A stretch of DNA of 64,000 bases from Ramazzottius varieornatus (taxonomy: Eukaryota > Animalia > Tardigrada). Made by a program: the position numbers and the translations under genes. The notes under the pieces are model-generated. The model did not search any database. It saw nothing but the letters and a program-made list of their open reading frames with translations, and was not told the DNA's origin. This document shows, in pieces, positions 49,293-64,000 of this stretch. The stretch is from contig BDGG01000002.1 in the NCBI GenBank assembly GCA_001949185.1, positions 62,001-126,000 on the forward strand, in the 5' to 3' direction. Position 1 is the stretch's first letter. The number at the start of each line of letters is the position of its first letter.

Positions 49293-49375
49293 TGATGACG
49301 GAGGGATTCGAACCCTCGCCTACAAAGTAGACTGGTACCTGAAACCAGCGCCTTAGACCACTCGGCCACGTCACC
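49293..49375 (-). tRNA. trnL-CAG: tRNA-Leu (CAG)
   Basis: GGTGACGTGGCCGAGTGGTCTAAGGCGCTGGT-TTCAGGT-ACCAG, long variable arm, GGTTCGAATCC, acceptor stem closes; downstream TTTTT terminator. Confidence 0.96.
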
Positions 49376-49747
49376 GTTATTGAACAACCAGTTAAACTTA
49401 TCGCTCGTACTTGATCACGCTCTAAGTGGCATCTTGTTGGGTAATCACCTTGCTTTGGCTCTCCTCACTTTTGTCCGGCTAGTCTGCTCATGATACTTTC
49501 ATGGCGGAGAGTGCCATATTTGGCTTGCCAGCCTATACTTACGTTACTCTCATATTCTGATAATAACTTCAGTCATCGCACATTTAATTGCATCTTCAAT
49601 TTAGAATAACCTGGGTTCGTTCCGGTGCGTCAATGGGAAATACCCATCACTGTAACACAACGACACGAAACGGAGTGCACCTCTCCCATCCACCAAGGAA
49701 ACTCTCCATAATTAATTGGCCGTCAGTGGTAACGATGAATAGCTTGC

Positions 49748-49755
49748 CTATAAAA
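49748..49755 (+). promoter_or_regulatory. TATA box upstream of EFLamide precursor
   Basis: ctataaaa ~90 nt upstream of ATG 49842. Confidence 0.45.
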
Positions 49756-49841
49756 TGCGAGACACTTTTCACAGGGGGACTTCACTTTATCAGCGTTCAT
49801 CGGACTTCTGGCTTTTTGCACGCGCACATCGTTCCGCCAAC

Positions 49842-50340
49842 ATGGTCAGTTTTACCGGGAGGCGGTCGACCAGTATCTGGTTTTGCCTCATACTCATTCT
49901 GCCTAATATCATTTCTGCAGCTGCGGATCCCATCAACCGTTCGGCAGCAGATGCTCTAGCCGCGGTAGTGTCACCCGGCGAAGTTTCGATGGAGACAGAC
50001 AACTTTGACCCCGTATCAGGTAGATGGGGCTACCTTTGCCTGTGGGACGATTTATCCTTGTAATGATTTGTCCACCATAGATTCAGGTGAAGATGTCATG
50101 CAGCTATATTTTACAGCGGGCCAAGGAAACGGCTACTTTATCAGTCCCAACCAGTATCAACGCTTGAAGGTCCTTCTGCGGCTGGTCGACAACAAACGAG
50201 CGGCACGAGTGGGCAACATCTTTGGCTCCGAATACCTGGGCAAGAGGAGCGGTTCCGTCAAGAACCTGCTGGCCAGAAGCCAAAAGAGCGGTCCGCAGTA
50301 TCCCTTCAAGCGTATGGACGCCTCCGAGTTCCTGGGTTAA
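49842..50340 (+). CDS. EFLamide (GSEFLamide, TRH-type) neuropeptide precursor; exons 49842-50019, 50081-50340
   Basis: Signal peptide (IWFCLILILPNIISAAA); KR-AARVGNIFGSEYLG-KR and KR-MDASEFLG-stop. Confidence 0.88.
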
Positions 50341-51343
50341 TTGACCCTACTCTGCTAAAAGAGAGGGTCGGATCTTGCTCAGATCCACGAGTAATCGTCG
50401 AGTATTAGGCGTTACAGACATATCCCTCGACAAAGTCCGTAAACCTACCCTGCCCCAAAAAGGCAGAACGCGCCACTGTGGGGCAGCCACGCCCTTTCAG
50501 CCCTTAATCGACCGATATCTTCTCCGTCCAAATAGTTATATTTAGCCTACATACGTGATTAAAGTTCGTCATCCAACGATCAAATTCCTTTCCCCTGGAC
50601 AGTGGCTCGCAATCAGCACTGGTTTTCCTCCTTCTGTTTTTCCCCTCAAAAGGAAATCATATTGACTTGTTTAATGTATACAGCGCGGCAATACTGAGGC
50701 CTTTCCTCTAAGCTGCCGGAACTGATAATGATCTTTGTCATCTTCTCCTTGAGCCGGTTTTGCCATTTCGTGGTTGATTTTCGACGCATCGAACAACCTT
50801 CCGGTTCGTTCTTGTGGTGCATCACAGGAGAATAAAACCGTCAAGGTATCTCCATGTAGCCTCATAGTGCAAATAAATTACGAGTAAGTAAATTCCATGT
50901 TGAATGTGAATCCAGATAAAAGATATGGCCAAGCTACAGAACAGAGTCTAAATTTTCCACCACAAATACTCTAAAAATCAAAAGTGACCAAAAGCAAAGT
51001 GGCACAAGTAAAAGACTATCCAGAAAGGAAAAGTGCAAAGGTAGGCTTGGCTGTTCGAGGAAAAGATTGTGGACGGAAGTCAGTTAAAATTCTATGTGGA
51101 AACCAAGCTACATTTCTAGATTGTGGGCAGCGGTAGACTGAAAGCACTGGTAGGTCACCTCAGCAGCTGTGTCATCATTTTCAGATCAAATCAACAAACG
51201 AAAAAGAGGCCAACATTAAAGAGAGAAACAAGGAAAGACTGCAAGGATAGAAACACAAACCACACTGTGGGAAAGGTGTTGTCCATCACCGAGCAAGGAC
51301 TATTTGCCACGGAATGTCGCTTTGGCGTCTTCCACAAAACTTG

Positions 51344-54300
51344 TTACGGCTCGAGGTAGAAAGAGGAATCAGGTGCCACCAGCATTACTAGTCGCTTCTC
51401 CACAGTGAAACTGCAAGCAAAGACCAAATTCCTCTTTTACAACCAATTTCCTATGCTCGTTTTCGCAATTTATATTATGCAGACGCTACTTGATGGCACC
51501 TGAGTCTACCTGAGTGTTCCGTTGTAGAGGTTACGAGGTGCGTAATCGGGCAGCGCAAAGAGCTGAAAGCAGCTGCATATTGCATACCAAGTGTCGCTGT
51601 GAAATTGATGGCCATCCATTAACACTGCAACATTCTTCCTGCAAACGAAATAGGAAATCGTTGATGACGAAGACTGGACGCGTTGCGGTGGAATATTAAT
51701 GATGAACACTAACTCGCTCGGTGCTGCAGCAAGCAAGGATTGCGCTGAGCGGCAGAGCTCTTCTCCATTGAGGCCGTTCGGTCGAAGGACTGCGGCCTGC
51801 GCAATCGTCGACCTCAAGTGCGCCGCATACTTGTCTGCGCTCAGCGACGCATCTCGTTCTATCTTCACTTCGTTCTGCCTACAAGAGGTCAAAAACAAAA
51901 GCGATAACAATCCTTCCGCTCAAAATGTTGCTTTGTATCACAACCAGTACTGACATGCTACACGTTCTGGCGCGCAGAAACATCTCTCGGTCGAAAGCAT
52001 CCGTCATGGAATCCTGAAGGACCACTTTGGCAATGCGGGACACGTCCGGAGCAACTGAGACCACTTTACGCTGGGCAAACCAGCCTCTCGTCGTCCTATT
52101 CCAAATAACGAATGGGAATACAGGCTAAAGTCCTCGGCAAACAGATCTGGAGAAGAACTATTTGTCAAGTCGCGCACCCTCCAGGCCAACAGCACTGTGT
52201 AGGTGCATCACTTGAGGAACAATTCTCGTCGAGTCTGTTTATCAAGGTCCCATACTTTATTCTTCGACTTTGAATAGTGAATGAACTGTCCAACCTACTG
52301 TGATGAGCAACAATCTACATCACGTAATGCTGCTTCAAGAAATGTGCGTGTCGCAAGCCAAGCCTGCGAAGGAAAACCTTCCACCCTATATAGCCGAGAC
52401 AGCGACCCGGAAGCCTCTACAAAGCCTGCAAAATGTCAAAGGAAACTATCAGCCGGGCTCAAAGCATCTGGGAAAGCAGGGCGGATCTACCGTTGTCGTT
52501 CCAAGCGCCGATGGCCTTGATCGACGGGTCATCTTCAAAGACGGGTTCTTGGGCAGCCAAGAAATACAGAAAGTCCGGCGACAGCACCGTCTTTTCCTCG
52601 ATGAGAAGCAGGTAGCGAGATTCTGAAGTCTTTAGAGTTTCTTCCATTGAGCTTTTGACGAAAGTCGAGTAGTCAGATCGATGAGCAGGAGTGAACACGT
52701 GGAAACTACCAGAGAAAAGCAATAATGTGTCCTGTTTCCGAATAAAATTTGTTATTGTGCATCCCGACATAAAGCCAGCCATGGAAACCGTGTTTTCTCC
52801 ATGCCATATCTTGAAGTGAAAGCATGAACTGGTCTTTGTGCCACACCACACAACATGACAAAAGCATGTCCTACCCGTCTACTTTCGACGCGGGAAAACT
52901 CATTCAGTTTTCCTGTTTAAATGAGCTAACTTACTTGAATAATTTGATGAGTTCTTCAGTTTCGGTATCATTGGCGACGCGATGAGCAATGCGGACTTGA
53001 CGGGGGTTAACACCAGGCTGCCCCAGCAGTGTTTCCAGCAGCAGCCTCAGCAGGTTGCGAGAAGCGGGCGCGATGACGAGGATGACGGTCAGATCACTGT
53101 AGACGGGACTGTTGACAAGGGAGACGTCGGCCAGCTTGGCCGGAACCAGCGGAGCCAGCTTCTTTTCCAAGGTGCAAAAGTCCCCGTAGGAGGATGAGTA
53201 TCTCTGGCAGAAGTGCAGACGGTGAATGTTGCGCGTGTCCGGTAGCGGATCGGGACGGGTGGGATAACCCGGCAGGCGCCGTTCCAGGCAGAACCTACGG
53301 AAAATCAATAGACAGGCCTAGACAAACAAACTGAACAATATCACTCTTCCAAGTGGCGCGTCCTTCCAGCCAATATTACTGGCAACGTGCGCCACTTGGG
53401 GGAAAACAATCAAACTGGGCAAGATGGCTTTTACCAAGTGGCGCACACTTTCAGCCAAGTACAGTTACAACGTGCGCCGCTTGGAAAAACGAGCTTGGCG
53501 AGTTTGCATGCCGAGCTGGCAACTGGGAAAAGTGCCATTGGTACCTGAGGTCGATGGGTTCGGCCCAGTTGGTCTTGTCGCCAATCTTGAGGGCTTCGTG
53601 TCCGGTGAAGCCAGGAATGCCCTTCTGGCCGATCATGAACCAGGCTGCGCGGAACTTGAGGTCGTAGATGCGACTAGAACCCAGCTCAAAGAAGAGCGTT
53701 CGAGCCAGGTCGGACAGCCTGCAACAAGGTCACTGAAGGAAGGGGAAACAAGGACGGCTTGCTATGTTTGGCTTACTTGGTGGAGGCTTCGTCGTGGGTG
53801 AAAGTGATGGCGATCTCATCGGGCTGCAAGTCTTCCAGAAAGAGCTCTAGCATAATACTGTCTGTCCCCCACGTGTCAAAGTTCCCCACTCGGCTAACTT
53901 CGCCGCTCGGACCATTTACCACGGCGATATTAATGCCTCGTCCACCATGGTTGATCTTATTTTCGAAGACACTGTAAAGCAAGCCAAGTTATTCTTGGCT
54001 GGAGAATTTGCTTCTCTTCAAGCTGGTAAAATGTCATTTTGCTGTGTTCTCGATGACATCGATGTATGGCCCGTCATATCTGTTCAATTTTTCACGACCT
54101 TATCACTTACTAGGTTCCGTTGATGCAGAGTTTGGGTGGGTCGTTGTGGTCCTTGCCCGAGTAGACATGGACGGGCAGCATGGCGCCGTCACAGGCCGTG
54201 GCCAGACCACAGTTCTGCAGCCAAGTGCCCGTCTTGTAGAAACCTGAGGTCAGGTAGCCCGAGTTGCTGTTGGCAAAGTCGTGGTCCACCTCGTTGCCCA

Positions 54301-55820
54301 GGGCAGAGGCCAGCGGGGGGACACAGCCGCTGCGCTCCAGTGGCGGGTGGCCGTGATACAGGTCCACGTCCGAAAGTCCTCGACCCGGCAGCAAACCTTT
54401 CTGACCCAGCAGGTACAACTGCACACCTTGACCCATGAACTTTGCGTTGATCATCGTCCCCACCGACTTTAGATGACTCGATAGCGTTGGTGAAAACCTG
54501 TAACAAATTCCGCCCAATAGAATCGACCGAATTACCAACCTGCAGAACATCTGCGTATTGTTCTCAAGTTAGTTAGTTCTCTTCGCTATTCTGATGTACC
54601 CGGTAAGTTAGCTCATTCCTGAAGATGTGCGAACAGACTAAATTTTTCAAAATTGTTTTCGGAAAAGAATCCTTTTTTTACCGGATAGAAATTTTGTAGA
54701 CAAAAGGGATGGAAATGTGCTTACGGTACGGCATTCCATGTGACCATTACAATGTAGGAATCATTTCTTGTAGACTTTAGTTGAGCAAGGATACTTGAAA
54801 TACTCTTAGGACCTGCAAAGAAAGCAGTGGGACATTTCATACTGTACCATGGCCTATGAATGCACTGGAGGGAAATGATATCTGAACTATACTTAAATTT
54901 TTGAGGTTTCTTACTGTCAGCAGTTGAAGATTTTTCGCTGAGAATAGCGCCATCATCGGGGCCAATCTCCAGGACGGTCAAAGTACCGGGTCGGCTAGTC
55001 TTGAGCGGGACGTCCTGCAGGTTCCAGCAAATGAGCGGCGGATGCTCGCCATATCCCACCCCGATGCGGTAGGGAAAGTAAGGCTTGTCACAGGGATCGC
55101 TGAGTAGGGCGCATCGATTAGCTATAACAGACAGCGCCAGTGAAAGGACAGTATACAATGGCGGTATACTGTAACGAACCTTCCAGAAAGGCATCCTGTG
55201 TGGCGCCCGTCACGGCCTCTTCCAGCCGAATCTGCCCGGGCCGCAGACTGATGTTCGACGGCGGGCTGGTGCTGCTGCTGCTGGATGAAGACTGATCTGT
55301 CAAGAGAAAGGGGAACGGGGGTAAATTAGACAGTAATCGATAGTGACGGAGTGCCATCAAGGACAGCCATCCATTCTTCGGCAAAACAAACAGCGCTATA
55401 CGCTGGCACTTGCAACTAGCAGTCCTCGAGATTTTATTGGAGCATAATGGTATATTTCTATCCGTGATATGTGTGGTCGTACTGTTATGTTATACAAAGC
55501 CCTGCTTTGAATATGTTGAGCGGAGCTTTGCCGGCTGCTGTCATGACAATTACCACTTGATTTGACGATGAGCGTCGTTTGCAGTCCGTAGACGAAGACA
55601 ATCACCAGAGCACAAACAACCAGCAGTCGCCGCAGACCTGTAATCAGCAGAGAGAAAGAAGTTCAAGTATCCCTTAATGGGCACGAAGCACTTGTCAGAG
55701 TACTCTTTCTCGTTTACACTACAGGATTGAATTTCTGGATCGCGGAAGAGAACGCGGATGCAACAGCAGAACTCGACATTTTGACTCGCGCAGCCTACCA
55801 CGTGACGCAATGTTAAGCAT
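51344..55820 (-). CDS. POMGNT1: POMGNT1-like type II membrane protein (ILEI/PANDER stem domains + GT13-like domain), multi-exon
   Basis: MLNIASR|GLRRLLVVCALVIVFVYG signal anchor; GRGINIAVVNG..FDTW..HDEASTK, LKFRAAWFMIGQKGI, VLSPDFLYFL..IGAWNDNG, LYRVEGFP, APDVSR, PRNLYNGT. Confidence 0.85.
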
Positions 55821-57484
55821 CGGTTATCACGCGTTACGATGCGCCACTCATCCGATGAATTGAGACGAGATAAATGGATACCGGACTGAGCTACTTGCAG
55901 CTGCTTTCTTTCCAACTAGAATTCTGCGATTTGACTCACCGCCATTCTTGTGGGGATTGCAGTGGAGCTTAGAGAAGTCTGGCAGTTTTAAGCGAACCAT
56001 CGCCTGACGGAAAGTAGCAATTGAGTGAAGCGGGATGTATCATCCGGGCGAAGACTTGAAGAGGCTTCTCCATACGACACGCTTTTCCACGCTACTTTCC
56101 TTTCCTTCTCTCTGTTTTCCGCGGTCCTGCAATAGTCGTTCAGTCTGAAAGCAAGAAATGGCACGTGAACTTTTTGATTTGGAATATTGTATAGTGCAAG
56201 AATTCACAGCTTACACGGCCTTACACTGCACTTCCGGAACAACAGAACAAAATAAACATCTACGAATCGTCAATCAACAATCAATGTTAACACCTGGGGA
56301 AAAACCTGGCACTTCATCAGGCTTCACTTGTGGAAAAAAGGGATCGAAAATTCCGCAGGGTACAGAAAGAAGCCTTGGCCTGTATAAGGACACCTTGGCG
56401 ACTTCGCAGGATGGAACCGTCAATCTTTCAATGGCTCCCGCGGATGACAGCGTAAGGGATTCGATGACAGTTACGGGAACGGAAAATTGAAAACCAGATT
56501 ATGAAACTCATACTCAGGAGTCAGGAACAAGCGCGGGCCGGCCAGTAGACTCGTCTCCCCGTGGGAGACCGAATTTTTGAGGCCCTGTACAAGGCGGTGC
56601 TGAAAACTCAGACCCTAATATATTTGTGCAGGGGGCACGACGGTTGGGAGACGAGATTTTGACCCCCCCGGCCCGCGCTTGGTCAGGAAAGAAAACAGAA
56701 TTCTTAATTTCAGCCAAGCCCACCGTCACCGTGCACAGGGGAATAAGCTAGCTACCGTACTCTGCTGCACTGTCACTATCCGACAACCTTTAGTACCTTT
56801 TCTGATCAAGCGATCCATTCTGTGACTGCCGATCAGAAAAAGTGATGCGAATGAACAAGTCGGTCCAACAGGGAGGGAAGCCCGGGATGAAGGGAACACG
56901 GGATCACTGAAATCGGAATTCGGAAATGCAGACATGGGCGCCGCGAATACCGTCCGGGGCCGTCCTGATGTTTTACAGCGAAATCGATGATAGCGGAGCG
57001 GTACCGCACTGTGACCGCAGGTCCGCAGGAAGCCGGCGGCCGCAGGGTAGAATGGATCAACAAGGTTGGAGCCCGATACCCTCAGACGTACCCCTAGTGA
57101 GATTCACCCTTGGTCCATCCTGACGATCCTGTAGGCAGCAGGCCACAACAACGCGGTCGCAATCTCCCAAGAATCTGAACGTATCTATAGTCTGTACTTA
57201 TTGTACTGGCAACATCTCTGCAACCAGATAGCGGTCTTAAGCGGGAAATATTTGCTGGACAGAATTGGACTGCAGAATCGAGGAGGCGCTGGAAAGATGG
57301 ATATCGTAAGTCGGAAGTCTGGAAGGAGCACGATCGAGCTGCTAAACCGACCAGCCCAGTATTGATTGTCAATCAACTCAGCAGTGCTCGGTGTAGCAGC
57401 TCATCATTAGGAACTGGGAAGGAGTGATCGTTCGTTCGTTCGTTCGTTCCAATTCATTTGTTTCACTTTTACTGCATCGGTTCG

Positions 57485-59786
<2,302 letters not shown>

Positions 59787-60440
59787 TATCTTTCCGCCCT
59801 TCGTATCCTCCTTGTTATCCTTCTAGCTTTCAAAGTCCGCTTGCTGAAAGTTCCACCGCACTTTTCATCCTTTTCGGCTGCGTGTACTGTCAACCCCTTA
59901 GTACCGACCGTTGTGTTCCTATAGAGTTCAGGAGGGAGGTCGCCCGCGAAGCCATCTGATGAAAATAAATTGCGATCATTCCCTTGAGGCAGTGTAGCGA
60001 GTGATTGTACAAGCCGGAAAGCACCATGATGTGCAGGTTTCATGCGGCCCCAGTCTACCTTCCTGACTTTAACCGCATTGGGCATCTTGCCAGATCTGCA
60101 TAGCTTCTTTTCCAAGGAAGAAAGTTGTCAGCGACGGAACGCCTAATTGACTGCTGTCCAGCCGTCACCTCCATGTAGGCTTTGATATCACATGTCTTCT
60201 TCACTGAGAAGTCAAAGTAGCATTCACCGAGCAAGTCTACTACAGCAGCCATCTTCAGATACTCCCGAACCGTCGGAGAATTTGACATTCATTGACTTTG
60301 TCCCAGACCAAACTATCTGCTGTACAGTGTACAACAGTTACGGCACGAGAGAGGTTGGTGTTAACGAAAACCAGAAAGATAACTGAGACTGTAAGACTGA
60401 AGGAAACAACCCGAAAAGTAGGTCGAGAACGCTTAACGAT

Positions 60441-60908
60441 TTATCCGCCGTAATACTGGCCACCAGTGTGCTCGCCCAGACCTATGTACATCTGCGTAAT
60501 ATGCTTCCCTTTCTTGTAGTCCTTGACATACCAGCGCTGAACGATAGGAAGGTTGTATTGGTCTCGTCCGGGCGTGTACTTTACTCTGTCGGGACGTTTT
60601 GCTGGTGGCAAGAGCGGCTCAAGAGCAGGGCGGTTATTTGCAGCGGGTACAGGACTAGCAGTCTTTTCCACTACAGCCAAATCTGCCAAATACAGTATCC
60701 ACAAAGATCATGAAAAAACGGGGCGAATATTACGGTTGGTCCATGCGGATTAATTACCTTGCTGCACGCGCCTGGTGCGGTGAATACTTCTCACAGATCC
60801 GAGAATCTGCAGACTACTCCGTAGTGCTGAAAAATCTGAGTGGGGATAGAAGAGTCGTGCTGGAGGTATGAGTCGAAGTAGGAGAGCAGGCGTCGCCGGA
60901 AGCCCCAT
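60441..60908 (-). CDS. Hypothetical protein with mitochondrial-presequence-like N-terminus; exons ~60908-60758, 60682-60441; 3' end uncertain
   Basis: ATG 60908, phase-1 GT-AG intron joins in frame (..RRVQQ D LAVVEK..); Arg/Leu/Ser-rich N-terminus; no family recognised. Confidence 0.45.
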
Positions 60909-61637
60909 TCTTCAGCGATTTCTCCGTCCTCTGTGACGGGCCCTTGAGGTGAGTGCTTGATGAACGGAACAGGACGGAAGGATAGGATAGGATAGGATAA
61001 GACGTTGTCGTCCTTCGGGATCGAAAACTGAGGTAAAATCTAGTAGATAATAAACAGGATATCGATTCTCGAACTCGAAGACGGATAAATCGAGGAGGAA
61101 GGCGACTAACTTGGCCCGAAAATTTCCCGCAAAACAGTCAATTCACTGTACGACCGCCGACTGCACCTGACTGTACGGTGTCAAATTGTCAATCCGACGA
61201 AAACAAGGGCCCTGCGGGCTTCAGGGAAAACTCCTTAAGGTCAAAACCACTGATGAGCTAATGAACAGCCTGAACAGCCCATTGCTGAGTTGATTGACAA
61301 TCAATTCAGCTTTTGGGCGTTTAGACACTGACAGACAGCACATCAGTGATTCGGTGGTCAAAACTTCGTGGTTTTCGTAAGTTTGTAACAACTAATGTCA
61401 TTTGTAATCCTCCACCTCCATCCTCCACTTTGCACGCTATAGTTCCAGAGCTTCCTTTCCTCCATCTCTTCCTGGCTTCTTCCTGGCTTCTTCGAAGTCA
61501 GAGGCTTCCTTGAAGTCATTGGAGGTACTGTTCGCTGGGCATCGCGCCAGCTAAAAAAACCAAGTAATTGCTAGTCAAATTCGCAGTGATTTACTGTTTC
61601 AGGCTTCCTGTTCCTTACAGCGTCTGCCTCGTTCGTC

Positions 61638-63182
61638 ATGGAGAATCTTGGTGCAGACGATGTCTTTCACAACGGGAGCACCGAGCATCAGGTCTACTGA
61701 CTTGACAAATTCTAGCGCCGATCAGGGCGATCAAATGGAGGATTGGATGTGTTTCACATTAATTCTTCCAATCTAAACGCTAGTTCAGCCTTCCGGCTGT
61801 CCTTTCATCCTTTGGTTCCGTGTCTTAGCTTGCACTTTTCCGTGCGTTTTTCCCTTTCGGCAGAAATGACCTCTGGTACTCTTACTTTCAGAGAATGAAG
61901 TCGGCCACTCGCGGATTTCCCTCTGAGTTGGACAAAGCGCCGTTAAACAAAAAGCCCCGTCCGTCTGCTTTGTGCCTCAGTACTTCTGGCAATGCCGGTC
62001 TAAATCGAAATCTATTGCCGCAAAAGCTTGAGGTAGCCGAGCCTGTGGTCAGCGCTGGTTTCAACAAGGAAGTCAACTTCCTGTTCGGAGAGATGGACAA
62101 GCCAGAAACGGGGTAAGCGTTGGTCTTTTTTATTCGGTTGCCTAGGTCAAGTGGCGCACAATTGATTCTGATGGTGTAATATGACGTCACGCGCCAATGT
62201 GCATGGTAAACGGGCGAGCGCGATCTGCCCACGTCGCGAACACCTGCAGACAGTACGTCGTGCGGTTGACGTTGTTCGACTGTATGTGGGTGCTTGCGGT
62301 CGTTTGTTCCTTGTCTGTCTGTTTCTGTCTGTTTTTGCAGCCTTTTCTGCTTTTCTTCGGCGACTCTTGACCTGGACGTTGTTAGGCTGTCACTTCGCAG
62401 CCAATACGTTGTCACTTCGCAGCCAATAACCCCATTGCTCTTTCAGGTTGAACGGTACTGGAGCCTTGCATACTCCGGGATTGCCCATCAAGCCTCACTT
62501 GCAGAGCTATTCGCTTCTGACTCCGACCGGCACAACAGTGAAAATGTTCACTTTTCCCGAGCGTCCTCCTCCTTCCTCTGAGTAAGCGGCATCGGGTTTC
62601 TCAGTGCTTCTGTACTCAATGGTATAATATGAAGGTCAGTTCTTATCTTTCAGGGAGAACCTTGTCAGGGATATCGTGGAAGCGTTTCGACAGCTGGAAT
62701 CTGTCTCGTAAGCTTTCTGTTTGCGCTGTTTGTGTCCCTTTTTTAACCAATAGTACCCGCATCGATGATGTGTTGTTGCTTGCAGCGTCATCCCAGAACC
62801 GCAAATGATTTTCGAGCCTGTTTTCTACAGCGTGGAGGCGATCAATGCGCTGTTTGTGGCTCTGGCCAAGCCGGGATGTCGTCTGGACGTGATCGATGTG
62901 ATCGCCCAGCTGAATGACCTCTTTGGACAGTTCAGGCACCTGCCATCGGCCAAGGGGCAGTACTTGAAGAAAATGTGAGTAATGCACTGGTCGAATATCT
63001 TGAAGGAGTGTCATAACGGTAGCTTGGACCACTGATCTTGCAGGCCGGCAGCCGGAACAGTTGTTTTGGCTCCTTACAAAGAAGAGGGCAGTGTAGAGGA
63101 ATGGTTCCGAGGTCTCGTTACAAAAGCTTGCGCAGACGACGTCCATTGTGATGTCCTTTACTCCGATTTTGGCAACTCGACG
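61638..63182 (+). CDS. Tudor-domain protein, 5' part (continues past a retrotransposon insertion)
   Basis: Exons with GT-AG ends; FEPVFYSVEAINALFVAL..; PAAGTVVLAPYKEEGSVEEWFRGLVTK..CDVLYSDFGNST is an extended Tudor motif; linkage of the upstream exons is inferred. Confidence 0.7.
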
Positions 63183-63289
63183 GTACGTTCCTCTTTTGCA
63201 AAAACCGAGATACAAAAGTATTTGAGAAACGGAAATATAAGAGAAACTTAAAGCACAAGGAACAGAAGTTTCGTTCAATTTTCGCAACT

Positions 63290-64000
63290 ATCAAAAATCT
63301 TTATTACAAAGACCATATTCTGTACTCAAAAAGTGAGGAGCTAAGCGGTAACAGAAAACAAATAACTATACCTTGACACATCTAAAACGTAAATCAACTC
63401 ATCAAGACCCTTGGTATCTTTTACGGTGGAGAGTATAGAATAAGAATTTTCACGCCGAATATCTATTGACACTCTCTGCTTAAAGAAAGAGAAGGATCTA
63501 GATTCGCCCGATACTTCTGTCATCTTTCTTCCAGTAGACTCAAACAGCTCCGTCGCACAAGGTCCCCATGGTCCGAGGGTCTCCAGACCAACAGGGCAAA
63601 ACTGAAACTAACTTCCGATGTCCTGGTATTTGGTGATCTTCTTTTGGCAGCATCAGCAGCTGATCCGGCTTTGACCATTGACATGGCAAAGTTGGTGAGC
63701 GCCAGGGTATCGACCACCGTGATGTCCCACACCAACTCTTTACCATTCTTCCAAGGAACTTGCGTCAAACCGTCTGGGTGCCTCTTATCCTTCATGAAGA
63801 TCCTGGAGGTTCAAGGATGGCTGGAATCTGGGCTGATGTTAGAGCACGCTTGAGTGACTCGTTTAGCGCGCTGTGTCTGCTGAAACGACCGCCGGTAAGC
63901 CTGCAGCTCAACCCGTGCTGGCCATACTCGTCCACGTTGGCACCACATCGACATGTACGAGAGCGCCACAGCTTGGCACCTAGATTCAAACCAACGCTGA
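63290..64000 (-). mobile_element. 3' end of CRE-like non-LTR retrotransposon (zinc knuckle + restriction-like endonuclease), frameshifted
   Basis: CRCGANVDEYGQHGLSC..RHSALNESLKRAL..LEPPG..PDGLTQVPWKNGKELVWDITVVDTLA..ETLGPWG..FFKQRVSIDIRRENS; AATAAA near 63300 on minus strand. Confidence 0.9.

Noticed and set aside
49293-49375. Possible TCA (Sec/suppressor) anticodon
   Set aside because: Loop TTCAGGT closed by CTGGT/ACCAG places CAG at the anticodon: ordinary Leu
56583-56740. Weak inverted repeat (ccctgtaca/tgcacaggg)
   Set aside because: Too short and degenerate, no TSD
62643-63287. 214-aa minus ORF
   Set aside because: Antisense to Tudor-domain exons; no motifs

Overview
Gene-dense, intron-rich eukaryotic (animal) DNA with short GT-AG introns. 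The compactness and gene content resemble a tardigrade such as Ramazzottius; this is an inference, not verified. Recognisable genes: PRPS (5' part), RPL22 with a long Ala/Lys/Pro-rich N-extension, an intronless FITM2-like gene lacking both catalytic histidines, a divergent nuclear receptor, a DUF2828/vWA (TROVE-like) gene flanked by hairpin-rich sequence, a PTB-domain gene, a secreted Gly/Tyr/Asn-rich protein, FAM107, GPN1, an ARH3 pseudogene, SLC26A11, two decaying bacterial-like SAM methyltransferases, a bHLH factor, two neighbouring neuropeptide precursors (a WYLamide+RFamide precursor and an EFLamide precursor) either side of tRNA-Leu(CAG), a POMGNT1-like probable pseudoenzyme, RUVBL2 and the 5' part of a Tudor-domain gene. 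Mobile DNA: a full-length but decayed two-gene PIF/Harbinger-superfamily element with an ATT target-site duplication, several MITEs with clear TIRs/TSDs (one nested), a 26-bp mini element and the 3' end of a CRE-type non-LTR retrotransposon. Exon boundaries were read by eye and may be off by a few bases.
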